A stretch of DNA of 64,000 bases from a virus (taxonomy: Duplodnaviria; Caudoviricetes). The notes below the pieces were generated by a model. It saw nothing but the letters and a program-made list of their open reading frames with translations, searched no databases and was not told the DNA's origin. The stretch is taken from positions 15,032 to 79,031 of the IMG/VR virus record IMGVR_UViG_3300031963_000080, one strand, 5' to 3'. The position numbers and the translations under genes are program-made. Below, piece by piece: positions 47,356 through 58,606 of this stretch (position 1 is the stretch's first letter; the number at the start of each line of letters is the position of its first letter).

Positions 47356-48630
47356 TTACCTCTGTTCCAACCAGTTTAAAACTGCAAGTGCTGCCTTGTT
47401 AGCATTGGGTGAAGCACATACAAGAGTATAAATGTCACTAATTGTTCCAATACCACTTCTACCAATTTGTAGTTGTGCTTTATCATCAATAATTACTGAT
47501 TGTCCTCCACCACCAACAACAAATCCACTCAAAAGAACCTTACCACCAGTAAAAGAAGTTGCAGTGGTATCATATTGAGTAATTGCATCTGAGTTTGCAT
47601 GGTTAGTAAATACTGCACCAGTTAAGGTTGGGTTCTCAATCAACCTCCAAAAAATGTTAGTGTTATCATTCGTGGATACTTGAAGTGATCTTGGAATAAC
47701 CACTCCAGATAATGAATTTGATTTGAGACGAAGACTTAGAATTGGATAATAAGTATTTGCAGATGCCATCGTGGTTCCAGTGATAGCATTACCTTGACTG
47801 ACGAGAGTTCCAAGTTTCTCTGGTTCACCTTCTTGAATAAGAGAATTCGAACCCTGATACATGTAATGAGTTCCTGCAACACCCGTTACATTTTCTATCT
47901 CAAGTCTAATTGGTAAGAATGGAGTAGAACACCAAACATATGGATTAGTATTTGAGTTATCAAAAGTGTGACTATGAATTGTTTCATTCTTCATCAACCA
48001 ATTGAACTGGACGATACCTGCACCATACCATTCATAATTGATAGAAATCATTTGTTGTTTGGTTGCATCTGCAGTTACTCCAGTCCAACCATTCCCATCA
48101 AACTTCTCACCATTCCAATTTTCTCTGGTTACTCTAGTTTCTGTAACAATTCCTGATGTGCTACTACGGATTACATACGAATAAACACCACCATTATCTT
48201 CAAAATAAGCACCATTATTATCATCAAACAATCCAAATCTTCTGCGAATACCTACCTGCGGTATATCAAGACGAATTGCAAATGCAAGAGTTGCACCCCT
48301 ACCAGGGATGTATCTCATTACCGCTCTAGTTTGACGAGTGACTTTACTTCCCGCAGTAGAACCAACTTGCATCACAACATTACTGGATGATGCATTAAAT
48401 GTTGCAGTTCCAACTCCAACTACTCTTTCGTCCCATACATCAGTTTCCTTTCCATACTGGAAAGTATTAAAGAAAACTGTTTGGTAAGGAGAAACCTTAA
48501 ATCTGTTGTTGTTAGTGAATTGAGGTCTCCAGTCCGTCTGGTTTCCCCAATGATCTGCAATATTATAAACCTCAAAGAGACTTCTCTCTTGATTGAGATA
48601 ATCTTGTCTATTTTTATTCCACTGAGCCAT
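47356..48630 (-). CDS. putative virion structural protein (beta-rich)
   Basis: 424 aa; RQT..MRYIPG and YEWYGAG segments; located in the head cluster. Confidence 0.7.
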   Translation of the reverse strand: MAQWNKNRQDYLNQERSLFEVYNIADHWGNQTDWRPQFTNNNRFKVSPYQTVFFNTFQYGKETDVWDERVVGVGTATFNASSSNVVMQVGSTAGSKVTRQTRAVMRYIPGRGATLAFAIRLDIPQVGIRRRFGLFDDNNGAYFEDNGGVYSYVIRSSTSGIVTETRVTRENWNGEKFDGNGWTGVTADATKQQMISINYEWYGAGIVQFNWLMKNETIHSHTFDNSNTNPYVWCSTPFLPIRLEIENVTGVAGTHYMYQGSNSLIQEGEPEKLGTLVSQGNAITGTTMASANTYYPILSLRLKSNSLSGVVIPRSLQVSTNDNTNIFWRLIENPTLTGAVFTNHANSDAITQYDTTATSFTGGKVLLSGFVVGGGGQSVIIDDKAQLQIGRSGIGTISDIYTLVCASPNANKAALAVLNWLEQR

Positions 48631-48633
48631 AAA

Positions 48634-48954
48634 TTAATCAATCCACTCTAACTTTGATGGGTGATATCTTTGTATATTTTTAATATTAAAATTATTTTCC
48701 TGTGCTGGATATATGTTATGGACTATTGCTCCAGGATATTTGTCCTGGAGTTGTTCGCCAAGATCTTGCCTAGATGGGACTCCAGTTTTGGTTACCAATT
48801 CCAACCTATAAATATTACCTTGCCACATTACATCAGCAACATAACTTTCACCAACCTGTTGTTGTGATTCTGGTTGAGAATTTATATAAAGATTTCCAGT
48901 AAAATCACCAGCAATATTAACTGATTCAGATATAAATTGCCTGAATGATTTCAT
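48634..48954 (-). CDS. hypothetical protein with capsid-targeting-like N-terminus
   Basis: Start reassigned to the ATG giving MKSFRQFISE. Confidence 0.7.
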   Translation of the reverse strand: MKSFRQFISESVNIAGDFTGNLYINSQPESQQQVGESYVADVMWQGNIYRLELVTKTGVPSRQDLGEQLQDKYPGAIVHNIYPAQENNFNIKNIQRYHPSKLEWID

Positions 48955-48958
48955 TTGT

Positions 48959-49111
48959 TCATTCCTCTTCGCTACCAAATAATGAAGCAGCAACTGCGGG
49001 TCTAAATTCGTTTATTTTATCTGATGATTTTTGATAAAGAACATCTTTGATTTTATCGCTGATCTGAGAAGGAGATTCGTCCGAAGCGATCATATCCATT
49101 AAGTCTTCCAT
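48959..49111 (-). CDS. small acidic protein after portal (prohead core-like, 50 aa)
   Basis: MEDLMDMIASDESPSQISDKIKDVLY..RPAVAASLF; occupies the position of T4 gp67/68. Confidence 0.65.
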   Translation of the reverse strand: MEDLMDMIASDESPSQISDKIKDVLYQKSSDKINEFRPAVAASLFGSEEE

Positions 49112-49144
49112 AAAATTAAAATTGTGTATTTGTATTATTTAGAT

Positions 49145-50836
49145 TTATATTTCTCCACCTTTAGGTAGTTTTGGTGGTTCTACTATTTTTTCATTTGCTT
49201 GTGGTTCTATGGGAATTTTTCCCATTTCTCCTTGTATATTATTACCAATTTCTAATGGCATTCCAGTATTTGGGTCTATTGGAATACTGGGATCTGGTAT
49301 TATTCCTTCTTCTATTTCTTTTTTGATTAATTCATCTTGCTCTACTATTTCTTGGTCGGTTTGTCTCAATATATTTCTTCTTACATAGTCCTGAGAGTAA
49401 TATTTTCCAATATATGGTTCGGCCATAGAAAGCATATTTAGCCTATCAGTCATAAGTTCGGAATTTTTTAATTCTGCAAAATGATTATCATAAAGAAAAT
49501 CATATTGTATGTGCTCATTCATTTGATTCCAATCTTCTGGAGTAATGATATTTTTTAATATCAATTGAGTTTTGAGCATATCACTAAACATATTAGAAAA
49601 TCTTTTTCTAAGTCTTCCCACAAATTTGCTGAATTTCAATTCATCACGAAGAATCTCAGAAGATCTACCTAGATTGAACCCACCTTCTCCATCAATTCTA
49701 GAAGATGGTACATTTAAAGATTTGTATAATTTGCTCTGGAAGTAATTGATATCAGTTATTTCTCCTAGATTTTGTCCACCAGGTAAAGTATCAATTTCTG
49801 TTCCTCTACCGCCTTCACGGCGAGGGAGCCAAAAATCTTCTAACATGCTCATAAATTTTTTGTCGTCACGAATTTCTCCAGTGGATGCATCATAAACTAA
49901 TTTGTTACGATATCGCATCATGACATCACGAAGATATTGTTCTGCCTTTACTTTTGGTAAGTTGCCAACATCAATGTAAAAAATTCTACGCTCTGGAGCA
50001 CGAGACAAACGATAAATCACCAAAGAATCTTCAATCATTCTTAGTTGATTGAGAGCTTTGATTGCTTTATTTAAATAAGATAATGTAGTTCCTTTATTTC
50101 TATCTACCAATCCAGAAGTACAATAAGTAATTGCGTCTTTTGCTATTTTAACTCCCCTGTCTGGAGATGCAGTCCCCATGTTTGCAACACCGCCACCAAC
50201 GGGATAAGAACTTTTTGGATCATATATGAAATATTCTTCAATTTCTGGGAATTTGAAATTCATTGGATTTTGATCACCAACCAATGGATTAGTCATTCTT
50301 GGTGAATTTTCTTCCTTTTTATTTTTTTTCTCTTGTCTCACATAACGCATTTTCATGGAATCGATATATCTCAATTCTTGAATTCCATCATGTGGCCTTT
50401 TTAGATCTATTACTTTATGATAATATAATCTTCCATCAATGTACCAGTTTCTGTATATTTCGTGAGCTTTTTTGTCAAAATCCAATAGTTCTAGTATGTA
50501 CTTAAACTCTTCTCTTATTTTCTGCTTTAGTCCATCACTTGCATTTAAGTTTGATAATTCAATTTGGATAGGAGAGTCATTAGTATCCGATACTATTGCC
50601 TCATTTACTATATCTTCAATAGCACTATCAACTTCTGGGTGAAGTGCCATTTCTCTATATCTTTTGATTAAATCAAATTCGGTTCTATATACTCCTTCAA
50701 TATCTACATAAGATCCAAAAAAACCGCTGGTCAAATAGTGATCAACCCCATCCTCGTCATTGCGAGGAATGGGGGACAATGCAGATGGGGATATTTTTTC
50801 AGAGTCTTCAATCGAAAAACCAAACAATCTAGCCAT
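49145..50836 (-). CDS. gp20: portal protein
   Basis: RAPERRIFYIDVGN and EDFWLPRREG motifs. Confidence 0.98.
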   Translation of the reverse strand: MARLFGFSIEDSEKISPSALSPIPRNDEDGVDHYLTSGFFGSYVDIEGVYRTEFDLIKRYREMALHPEVDSAIEDIVNEAIVSDTNDSPIQIELSNLNASDGLKQKIREEFKYILELLDFDKKAHEIYRNWYIDGRLYYHKVIDLKRPHDGIQELRYIDSMKMRYVRQEKKNKKEENSPRMTNPLVGDQNPMNFKFPEIEEYFIYDPKSSYPVGGGVANMGTASPDRGVKIAKDAITYCTSGLVDRNKGTTLSYLNKAIKALNQLRMIEDSLVIYRLSRAPERRIFYIDVGNLPKVKAEQYLRDVMMRYRNKLVYDASTGEIRDDKKFMSMLEDFWLPRREGGRGTEIDTLPGGQNLGEITDINYFQSKLYKSLNVPSSRIDGEGGFNLGRSSEILRDELKFSKFVGRLRKRFSNMFSDMLKTQLILKNIITPEDWNQMNEHIQYDFLYDNHFAELKNSELMTDRLNMLSMAEPYIGKYYSQDYVRRNILRQTDQEIVEQDELIKKEIEEGIIPDPSIPIDPNTGMPLEIGNNIQGEMGKIPIEPQANEKIVEPPKLPKGGEI

Positions 50837-50866
50837 AATTTATTTTCGTATATTATCTTATATTTA

Positions 50867-51505
50867 TTACTTGATAATATTGGTAGATCCAGCCTGATCT
50901 GCTGTTGTTTCTCCAGCAGTCCAGTAAAGAATTTGGAATTCTACGGTATAAGTTTCAATATCATCTGCGGTATCATATGAAAGATCGATCTGACTCACAT
51001 TAGTTGGGAAAATCTGATAAAATTTATATGTTCTGAGTGGTGTTAATGGCCCACCATTTGCATCACTGAAGTTAGATGTAGATTCCTTAGAAGAACCTCT
51101 TCCAAGTTGGTAGACATATGCATCGACCATATATGAATTTGGGTCTGTAGCACCAGTTGCATTTTCCAACTTATTAATGTGATTCATCCACTTCTCAAAT
51201 GCAGTTCTTAGTCTGAAGTTTTCATCATTTATGATAGTAACAGTCCATGGATCAAAGGTTCTATCACCAGCTACTTTTAATGTACGGCCTCTGAATGGAA
51301 CATCAATTGGATTTACATTAGAAGCAGGTAGTGCAGCTGTCTTACACAAAAAACTGAATAATTCAGATTCTTGTCCAGCTCCAGTTCCCCAATTAGAAGA
51401 AATTGCTGAAGGAAATGCAGGAATACTAACTTCGAATAGATTAGGACGAGCACCACCACCAACTAATTTGGATTTAAATTGAGAGATTGTTCTTAATTGT
51501 GACAT
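50867..51505 (-). CDS. gp19: tail tube protein
   Basis: GARPNLF and PFRGR..AGDRTF..WTVT motifs. Confidence 0.96.
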   Translation of the reverse strand: MSQLRTISQFKSKLVGGGARPNLFEVSIPAFPSAISSNWGTGAGQESELFSFLCKTAALPASNVNPIDVPFRGRTLKVAGDRTFDPWTVTIINDENFRLRTAFEKWMNHINKLENATGATDPNSYMVDAYVYQLGRGSSKESTSNFSDANGGPLTPLRTYKFYQIFPTNVSQIDLSYDTADDIETYTVEFQILYWTAGETTADQAGSTNIIK

Positions 51506-51538
51506 TGTTAAATTCTCCTTTTGTAGTCGATTTTAAAT

Positions 51539-53719
51539 TTAAACTCTTCCTGTCACTTCTTCGAAGCTAACTCCAGTTCGAGTAGCAACGAAAGTTAGAG
51601 TTACATAATTAATTGATTTAGTTGGCTTCAAGAATATGTCAGCCCTAAATTCATTGTTATCAATGACATCGGGTGTATTATTTGTTTCGTCGCAAATGAC
51701 TCTAAAATCATACACACCTCGCTTGGCCTGAATATCACGGAGATATGGCTCAACAATGTTTACAAAGTTTGCGCGAGTTAGTGGATCATTTAATTCAAAT
51801 AATTGAGCCTGTGCTGTTCTTTCCAACGCTTGTTCTACAGTCAAGAATAATCTACGAACATTAATTCTATCAAATGCGGAAGCATATCCAAGAGCTGTTT
51901 TATCCCCAAAAAGAATTATACCAACACCAGGTTGATTTACTATTGAGTTTATTCTTATTGGATACAAGCGATCTCTTTGTGCTTTTGTTGGATTGTATGC
52001 AAGTTTAATCGCATTATTTAAAACTCCTCTCTGTTGGCCAGCAGGGGAATACCAAGGATATGAGTTTATACTAGTCCTGACCATTAAACCAGCAATGTCT
52101 GGATTGCATGGAATGTAGCGGAATCTATTGTTAAAACGATCATAAGTGTACTTATATCCACTGTCAAATACAGCATATGAAGAAGAAGACAAAGGACTGA
52201 AAAATTGTACAATTTGATTGGTTTGATCTTCTGTATTTGTTCTATTTACTACATCCGTTCTATGGGTAGAGATTACTGCCATGCAATCTTTTCTAGAATT
52301 AGCAATAGAAATCAATTCTTGCGCTTTTGCCTGTGATTGCGTTTTTTCTGTTAGTCCAGGACCCATAATGAGATAATCTACTGAAACCTCATCTTTATTC
52401 GAAAACAGTCTATATGATGTGACCAAATCACCTAATTGCGCTTCCATTCCATTATTATTGCCATAATCTTTTCCTCCGGAAAGGGCATATGTCACATTTC
52501 CAATCGCACTAAACACTTTATTTTGTGCATCGGTATTCCACAATCCAGCAGCAGTAGTCAATCCAACATAACCGGAAGAGAACCCAGTTTGGTATATAGA
52601 TTCGTTATTTTGTCCGTCTGATGGATTGTCTCCAGCATAAACATAATTTGATAATTGTGCTAGATAATCTTTCCACCAAATTTTTTGTGGAGAATTTACT
52701 GCAGAAATAGAATCAGTTGCTTTTGATAAGAATAAATGCTTCTCTATGAGATTGCCTTGAATTCCAGTTACATTGCCAGTGTCATCAATAATTGCAATGT
52801 GCAATGCATCATTTTTTCCGTTTCTTTCCGCTACATATTGATTTGTAGTTGGCTTTGGTGCCAGGGACTTCCAATATACTGTGCTGTTAACGAGCCCAAG
52901 AGTTTGTTGGTCATACCAATCTAAAACTGAATTTGTCCCAGAAAGAGTAGTTGACCCAATTCCACTTTGAGATTGGCTACTAATTGTTACGGAATTGCCA
53001 ACAAAAAACGATTTTAGTTGATTTCTTTCTGCATAAGAGATGCTCTCCTCTACTCCATCAGTTGTTACCGTGGAAATAATTTTTACATCTATAGTTTGAC
53101 TAGTTGTATTGATGCCAGTAATTATTGATTTTAAGTGGCCATTAAATAATTGGGTTTCCCCATTTGCAATTATTGTTTGGTCCACCAAATTGGTTGTTAC
53201 CGCATATCCAACTTGAGCAAATGTGATTGCGGAACCTACTGTAAGAGTTTGATCCGCTTTATCGTCAATGACGCAAACCTTCAAATCATTGGACCATGAC
53301 CCTGGAGTTTTTGCGGCAAATACATAATTTGCAGTATCTTCGGAATAAGTTGATTCATATTGATCAAAATTTTTAATCAATAGGGTAGTATTCCCAACAG
53401 TAGAAACACCAGATACATTTCTGGCAGCATTTGCATTCACTAAATTTGGTCCAGAAGTTCTTACTACTTTAAGAACTCCACCATAAGTTAAAAATGAAGA
53501 CGCGCTCATCCAATACTCATATTGAGCATCGTTTGACATTGGTTTCCCAAAAACATTTACTAGTTGCTGTTCTGTGACAATATCTACTGGTTCATCTACA
53601 GGTCCGATTGCAAATGGTCCTGCAATTGCCCCAATATTATCCAGTACATTGTCAGCTCTTCCTACAGTTAAATCAACCTCTCTGACAAGTACGCCTGGAG
53701 ATAATTGAGGAGTAGCCAT
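51539..53719 (-). CDS. gp18: tail sheath protein
   Basis: SPGV..RE.D, PWYSPAG and FDRINVRRLF motifs. Confidence 0.97.
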   Translation of the reverse strand: MATPQLSPGVLVREVDLTVGRADNVLDNIGAIAGPFAIGPVDEPVDIVTEQQLVNVFGKPMSNDAQYEYWMSASSFLTYGGVLKVVRTSGPNLVNANAARNVSGVSTVGNTTLLIKNFDQYESTYSEDTANYVFAAKTPGSWSNDLKVCVIDDKADQTLTVGSAITFAQVGYAVTTNLVDQTIIANGETQLFNGHLKSIITGINTTSQTIDVKIISTVTTDGVEESISYAERNQLKSFFVGNSVTISSQSQSGIGSTTLSGTNSVLDWYDQQTLGLVNSTVYWKSLAPKPTTNQYVAERNGKNDALHIAIIDDTGNVTGIQGNLIEKHLFLSKATDSISAVNSPQKIWWKDYLAQLSNYVYAGDNPSDGQNNESIYQTGFSSGYVGLTTAAGLWNTDAQNKVFSAIGNVTYALSGGKDYGNNNGMEAQLGDLVTSYRLFSNKDEVSVDYLIMGPGLTEKTQSQAKAQELISIANSRKDCMAVISTHRTDVVNRTNTEDQTNQIVQFFSPLSSSSYAVFDSGYKYTYDRFNNRFRYIPCNPDIAGLMVRTSINSYPWYSPAGQQRGVLNNAIKLAYNPTKAQRDRLYPIRINSIVNQPGVGIILFGDKTALGYASAFDRINVRRLFLTVEQALERTAQAQLFELNDPLTRANFVNIVEPYLRDIQAKRGVYDFRVICDETNNTPDVIDNNEFRADIFLKPTKSINYVTLTFVATRTGVSFEEVTGRV

Positions 53720-53786
53720 GTTTTTCTCCCTAAAATACTCAGTTTCTCTAAAAAATATTTATGTAAAACTTTATTTTCAGAGTAAT

Positions 53787-55436
53787 TTAAAAATTATATT
53801 GCCAAAGAGATGCCATGTCGCCATACTCGTCCACATACCACCTGTCACCTTCCGCATCAACAAAATTGTCAGATTCTCTTCCATCAACTATAAAGCCAAA
53901 TGGTGCCATATCTTGTTCTAATTGATTCTGTTGTTCTTCGTATAATCTTTTTCTGACATCATTATCAGTCATTTCTTTGAAGTAATCTTGAACAATCAGC
54001 CAAGCAAATATTACTAAGCACATTGTCAAGTCATCGTTACATCCTTCTTCTGCTTCGAACGAATTGTATTTCTGAACAAATGTAGTTAATTCTGATATAA
54101 GATCATAATCTCTAAACACCAATTTTTCTTCTTCAATGATGGCCTTTAAATTTATACATCCTACTTTCTTTACATTTTTGGACATCTTTACTCCCATTTG
54201 GGTCTTCTTTCCAGAAAATCCTTGTCCAACTATCTGGCCAGCCCTCCCTCGCATTGAGCACATCAATACATTAGGATACTCTAAATCATAGTGTAATGCT
54301 GCAGCAACTTGATCTCCAACATCATTTACTTCGCACAATAAATATGCATCATTATATGCTTTTCCTGCATCTTTTATGATGTATGGGAACATCATTGGCT
54401 TTATTTCGTTATTCCTATACTTTGCAACTACTCTATATGGAAATGTCGTAATATCAAATATCACAAAAGCAGAATAGTCTATTTCTACTCCTCTTGCCAC
54501 ATCAATTGTAATTACATATTGGTGGTCTTCTTCTGGCTCTTCGTATACATCAAGTCCAGCACTAGATTTAATTGGTCTATCTTGTGTTAATGTAGCCAAT
54601 TTTGCGCCAGAAATTAAAGTATCTACCGATCCTAAGAATTCACATTCGAATTCTTGTCTCCATTGAGACTCACTTGTATTGGCAATTGTGGTCTTTTTGA
54701 ACTCTTCGTCTCTACCTGGAACATCAGTCCAAAAGACCTCAATAGGAACATATTCATTTTTACTTTTTTTCGCATCATCCCATAACTTGTAGAAATGATT
54801 TAAGCCTTTAGGAGTAGATACAACAATAACTTTTGATGACTTACCAGAAGTAATTGTAGGGTATACGGAACTAAAAAATGAATCTGCAACTTGATTTGGA
54901 ACGAATGCAAATTCGTCCAAAAAGATGATGTTGTAGGTACTACCACGAACAGAAGACGCTGAAGTAGACGCAGCAAAAATCTTAGATCCATTTTCCAATT
55001 CTAAAGATCCCTTGTTCCATGAGCAAATGCCTTGCTGTAACCATTTTGGTAAGTTCTCATATCCTGTTTGTAAACGACCAAGAAGATCTCTTGCTGTTTG
55101 TGCTTTGTTAGCTAGAATAGCAATATTTACATTATCATTAAAAATTGCATAATGTAAAAGATATGATACTACAGTGGTACTCTTTCCGCTTTGTCTAGGA
55201 AGCTTACAAATATTAAATCTATTCTCATGAAAAGACTGTAACATCTTTTCTTGAAATGGATACATCTCAAATGGTTGTAAACCATGATCCAAAGTCACGA
55301 TTTGTATATAATTGTTTGCAAAATATACTGGATCATTGGCACATTTTGCAAACTCTATGATTTGTTCTTGTGTAAATTCAATTTGGGTATTCGCTTTCTT
55401 TAAGAGAGGATTACCAAGATAATGTTCTTCAGCCAT
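53787..55436 (-). CDS. gp17: terminase large subunit
   Basis: RQSGKST, FLDEFAF, STPKG and DVARG motifs. Confidence 0.97.
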   Translation of the reverse strand: MAEEHYLGNPLLKKANTQIEFTQEQIIEFAKCANDPVYFANNYIQIVTLDHGLQPFEMYPFQEKMLQSFHENRFNICKLPRQSGKSTTVVSYLLHYAIFNDNVNIAILANKAQTARDLLGRLQTGYENLPKWLQQGICSWNKGSLELENGSKIFAASTSASSVRGSTYNIIFLDEFAFVPNQVADSFFSSVYPTITSGKSSKVIVVSTPKGLNHFYKLWDDAKKSKNEYVPIEVFWTDVPGRDEEFKKTTIANTSESQWRQEFECEFLGSVDTLISGAKLATLTQDRPIKSSAGLDVYEEPEEDHQYVITIDVARGVEIDYSAFVIFDITTFPYRVVAKYRNNEIKPMMFPYIIKDAGKAYNDAYLLCEVNDVGDQVAAALHYDLEYPNVLMCSMRGRAGQIVGQGFSGKKTQMGVKMSKNVKKVGCINLKAIIEEEKLVFRDYDLISELTTFVQKYNSFEAEEGCNDDLTMCLVIFAWLIVQDYFKEMTDNDVRKRLYEEQQNQLEQDMAPFGFIVDGRESDNFVDAEGDRWYVDEYGDMASLWQYNF

Positions 55437-55453
55437 AAAAAATTAATACAAAT

Positions 55454-57064
55454 TTACCATTTAACTTTGTTGGCCCAGAAGGCAGCACTCATTTTTCCTT
55501 TTTTAATATTTTTTTTGTGTCTTTTTTTGAATCTGTTTCTGCGATCTGCATATTCTTCTGATTCTCCTTCTTTTTTGGGGGAACCCTTCACTCCAAGTTG
55601 ACCAAAACGAATAAGCTTTTCTTTTCCACCTTCACATGCTTTTACTACATGTGATTTGCCAGTTTCGCCTGAACCATGAGGCTCAGACTTTGGCTTATTG
55701 CAAGGCATTTCAGACTTTTTTGCCTCTGATATTTCAACCTCTTCTCCGATATTGCCATTGTTCAAGAGATAATTTTTTGATTTTGGTAATTGTACAATTG
55801 GCAAACCAGGCTGTGCATTACTAACACCATATGTAATTACTTTAGATTCTGGATAAATTTTATTTACTGCATCAGTAACTTCTCTTCTGTTTGGTAACTT
55901 TACTTGTGGGAAAAATAACTGAGTTCCATAGTACTTTCCACGCCACATGACAGTTACTGCCATGATATGACCATTTTGTGCTGGTAAAGTGGCTTCTGTT
56001 ACTGTTTCTGGATCTGCTCCTTGTTTAGATAAAGTTCCGATTGTTCTTGCGTATTCTTGTTCAGCTTTGGCCTTTTTTAATTTTGCCGCAACTAATTTTT
56101 GTTGTAGCCCAGACTGTTCCTCTACAGGTTCACAAGAACCTTTTTCATATTTTTTTGTTCCTTTTTTTCTTTTAAATCCACCCCAACATGGACTATTCTT
56201 TCTTCCTTCTTTTATTAGGGGATCTGCCACAATCAGATCGACAAATTCATATGATGCATTACCAAACATATCTCTGACAATTTTACTTTCATTTTGAGCC
56301 TCTACTTTTTTCAATTTTGAATAATAATCTGGGACTTCATCTAAATGTTGTAAGGCAGTAATTCTTGCCGCAGTTGGATCGGAAGTATGTTCTTTTTCTA
56401 CTTTAAGTCCCATCTTGAGTTGTTTTTTAATCGACTCAAGTGAGACTTTATGCTTTTTTGCTATTTCTTCCGGTGATTTGTAGGACTGTACTGGACCTTT
56501 TGGGTCTTTTTCTTCGTGCATAGACGAACAATCTTTATATCCGTGCTCAGGACACTTTTTTCCTTTTTTTGTTTTATTGCATCCACATCCCATTTCCGAA
56601 AGAATTTGATCTACTAAAGATTTTTCTTCTTTTTGTGTTGGTCTTTTGTATGGAGGCAAATGCTCATATTTTTTGGGAAGTGCCGCTCCGGTCCCTCCCA
56701 ATTTTTGTGCAATATTCCTCGCTGCTTGTTGTTCGCCTTCTGGTGTTTCTCCCGTTAATTTCTTTGAAACTAAATTTCCTCTTCTTATTCTTGTATCTGT
56801 TGCGACATCAAAACTAATATCTTTATTTTCATCTAACTCTTGATCTCCCTGAAGATATTCAGTAGCAGAATCGATGTAATCAGCAGCTCTTGTAATTTTT
56901 GATTGTACCCATGCAGGAAGTTGAGTATCACTACTTTTAATTACTTTCCTTAGATTCTTTATTGCTCTTTCGATGGAATCCAATTCAAGTCTTGCCATGT
57001 AGCCTTCGTCATCTTTCTTTTTTCCACTGGCAATTTCCTTGTGGTCTTCTTGAATTTTTTTCAT
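55454..57064 (-). CDS. multi-module hypothetical virion protein
   Basis: String of short modules: LPAWVQSKI; EKEH..ALQHL.E.PDYY; PCW.G; RFG..F..RH..FWA. Confidence 0.7.
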   Translation of the reverse strand: MKKIQEDHKEIASGKKKDDEGYMARLELDSIERAIKNLRKVIKSSDTQLPAWVQSKITRAADYIDSATEYLQGDQELDENKDISFDVATDTRIRRGNLVSKKLTGETPEGEQQAARNIAQKLGGTGAALPKKYEHLPPYKRPTQKEEKSLVDQILSEMGCGCNKTKKGKKCPEHGYKDCSSMHEEKDPKGPVQSYKSPEEIAKKHKVSLESIKKQLKMGLKVEKEHTSDPTAARITALQHLDEVPDYYSKLKKVEAQNESKIVRDMFGNASYEFVDLIVADPLIKEGRKNSPCWGGFKRKKGTKKYEKGSCEPVEEQSGLQQKLVAAKLKKAKAEQEYARTIGTLSKQGADPETVTEATLPAQNGHIMAVTVMWRGKYYGTQLFFPQVKLPNRREVTDAVNKIYPESKVITYGVSNAQPGLPIVQLPKSKNYLLNNGNIGEEVEISEAKKSEMPCNKPKSEPHGSGETGKSHVVKACEGGKEKLIRFGQLGVKGSPKKEGESEEYADRRNRFKKRHKKNIKKGKMSAAFWANKVKW

Positions 57065-57093
57065 TTTTACGGTACAATAAAACCTACTTATTT

Positions 57094-57546
57094 TTATTTA
57101 TCTTCAGTGATATCTTTTAATTGATTTTTTAACATTTTTGATAGTTCTGCTGTGGATCCAACAAATAAAGCATTTGTTACATTTGTTGGTCCTTTTTGTA
57201 CTTTTACATCTTCCAAATCTTTTATTTTCTTTTGTAAATCTATCAACTTATCCGTAGCATCAGAAACATTTTTTATTAGTTGCCCAACTACTTCATATGC
57301 TCTAGGAGTGTCAGTTTCTTGAGCTAACTCAAGAACATTGTTTATTGCTTCTTGGCCCTTTTCTATGATAGAATATAAATTTCCACGAGTGTATTCGTAG
57401 TCTTTTTTAATGTCATCAATTACAGATCTTTTTTCTTTCTGTATTACTTCTGTAGTGGTCTCTTCCACTTCTGGATGGATAACTTGTTCCGAATCATCAA
57501 TATTAAATGTCTCATTTAACTTTTTGTATTTTTTAGTCATTTTCAT
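57094..57546 (-). CDS. gp16: terminase small subunit
   Basis: DYEYTR.NL, PRAYEV and NALFVGST.EL motifs. Confidence 0.93.
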   Translation of the reverse strand: MKMTKKYKKLNETFNIDDSEQVIHPEVEETTTEVIQKEKRSVIDDIKKDYEYTRGNLYSIIEKGQEAINNVLELAQETDTPRAYEVVGQLIKNVSDATDKLIDLQKKIKDLEDVKVQKGPTNVTNALFVGSTAELSKMLKNQLKDITEDK

Positions 57547-57558
57547 GGTTTCCTTCCA

Positions 57559-58563
57559 TTAATCTAGTGAGCCAGAAAACCCAAAATCGTCCCCAGGCTC
57601 TATTAATAAATCGTCAGATAGAGTAATTAATTTGACCTCAGATCCAGAAACATGATCTAATATTACTGTAGAATCCTGACCTCTTCTAACAGATAAAATA
57701 TTACCGGAAATTGACTCAACATATAATTCTTCTTTGTTGATATCAAGATATGATCCAACAGTAATTCCAACTGAACTCACGACCTCAATAATATTATCTG
57801 TTTTTTCTGCATCTTTTGATAGTGTTGTGGTTACAGTTCCAGTATAATTTTGTATTGCACGAGGTTCTACACTGTATGTAACTTCTCTTCTTGCTGACCC
57901 TGACGCATCACCAGAAACAAGACCAATAGAAACTTTTTTGATGATTTCGGAAGAAACGGAATCGGAAGATACTGGACCAAACAGATATGTCTTTGCAGTA
58001 AATTTTAAGGTATAAATTAATGCTCTTCTTTCTGTATAATCACCTTCATAATTATCTGTCATTGATATATTATCAAGTACTATGGGTATATCTCTTTTTT
58101 CTCCTATTTCCTTTACTAAATCAACTGTCAAATTGTAATTTGGTTGGAAATATGGTAATATTTGCTCAACTATCTGAAGCATATCATCGTTAAGTTTTGT
58201 CATTATACTCAATTCAAAATTTAAATTATAAGGAACAGGTAGGTATGCCTTTCTTATTTGATTATTATTTACATCTTTAGTCAAAAATGTTTGAGTAGTT
58301 GTCAGTTTTCTAGTAGTGTCATATGACATTCCTATCACTTCAAACGACATTCTAGGCAAATTTACCTGAACTGGTTTATTGAGATTTGGAATTTGTTCCA
58401 ATCTAGCAAGAAACTTCTGAGTTGGCCCATAAGCCAATGGAACTCTAACGGAAGAAACAACATTCCCAGAGTCATCTTTGTGCTTAATAGTTATTCCATT
58501 AAACAGTGTTCCAAATGCAACTACTGTCTTTCTTGTTATTTCGTGATAAAAATATTCAAACAT
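57559..58563 (-). CDS. gp15: tail sheath stabilizer / terminator
   Basis: YFYH..FGTLFN, VPLAYGP, LPRMSFE and EQILPYFQP motifs. Confidence 0.95.
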   Translation of the reverse strand: MFEYFYHEITRKTVVAFGTLFNGITIKHKDDSGNVVSSVRVPLAYGPTQKFLARLEQIPNLNKPVQVNLPRMSFEVIGMSYDTTRKLTTTQTFLTKDVNNNQIRKAYLPVPYNLNFELSIMTKLNDDMLQIVEQILPYFQPNYNLTVDLVKEIGEKRDIPIVLDNISMTDNYEGDYTERRALIYTLKFTAKTYLFGPVSSDSVSSEIIKKVSIGLVSGDASGSARREVTYSVEPRAIQNYTGTVTTTLSKDAEKTDNIIEVVSSVGITVGSYLDINKEELYVESISGNILSVRRGQDSTVILDHVSGSEVKLITLSDDLLIEPGDDFGFSGSLD

Positions 58564-58606
58564 GTTAGGAAATCCTTATAATGTTATTTAACCATTTACA
58601 TATTTA

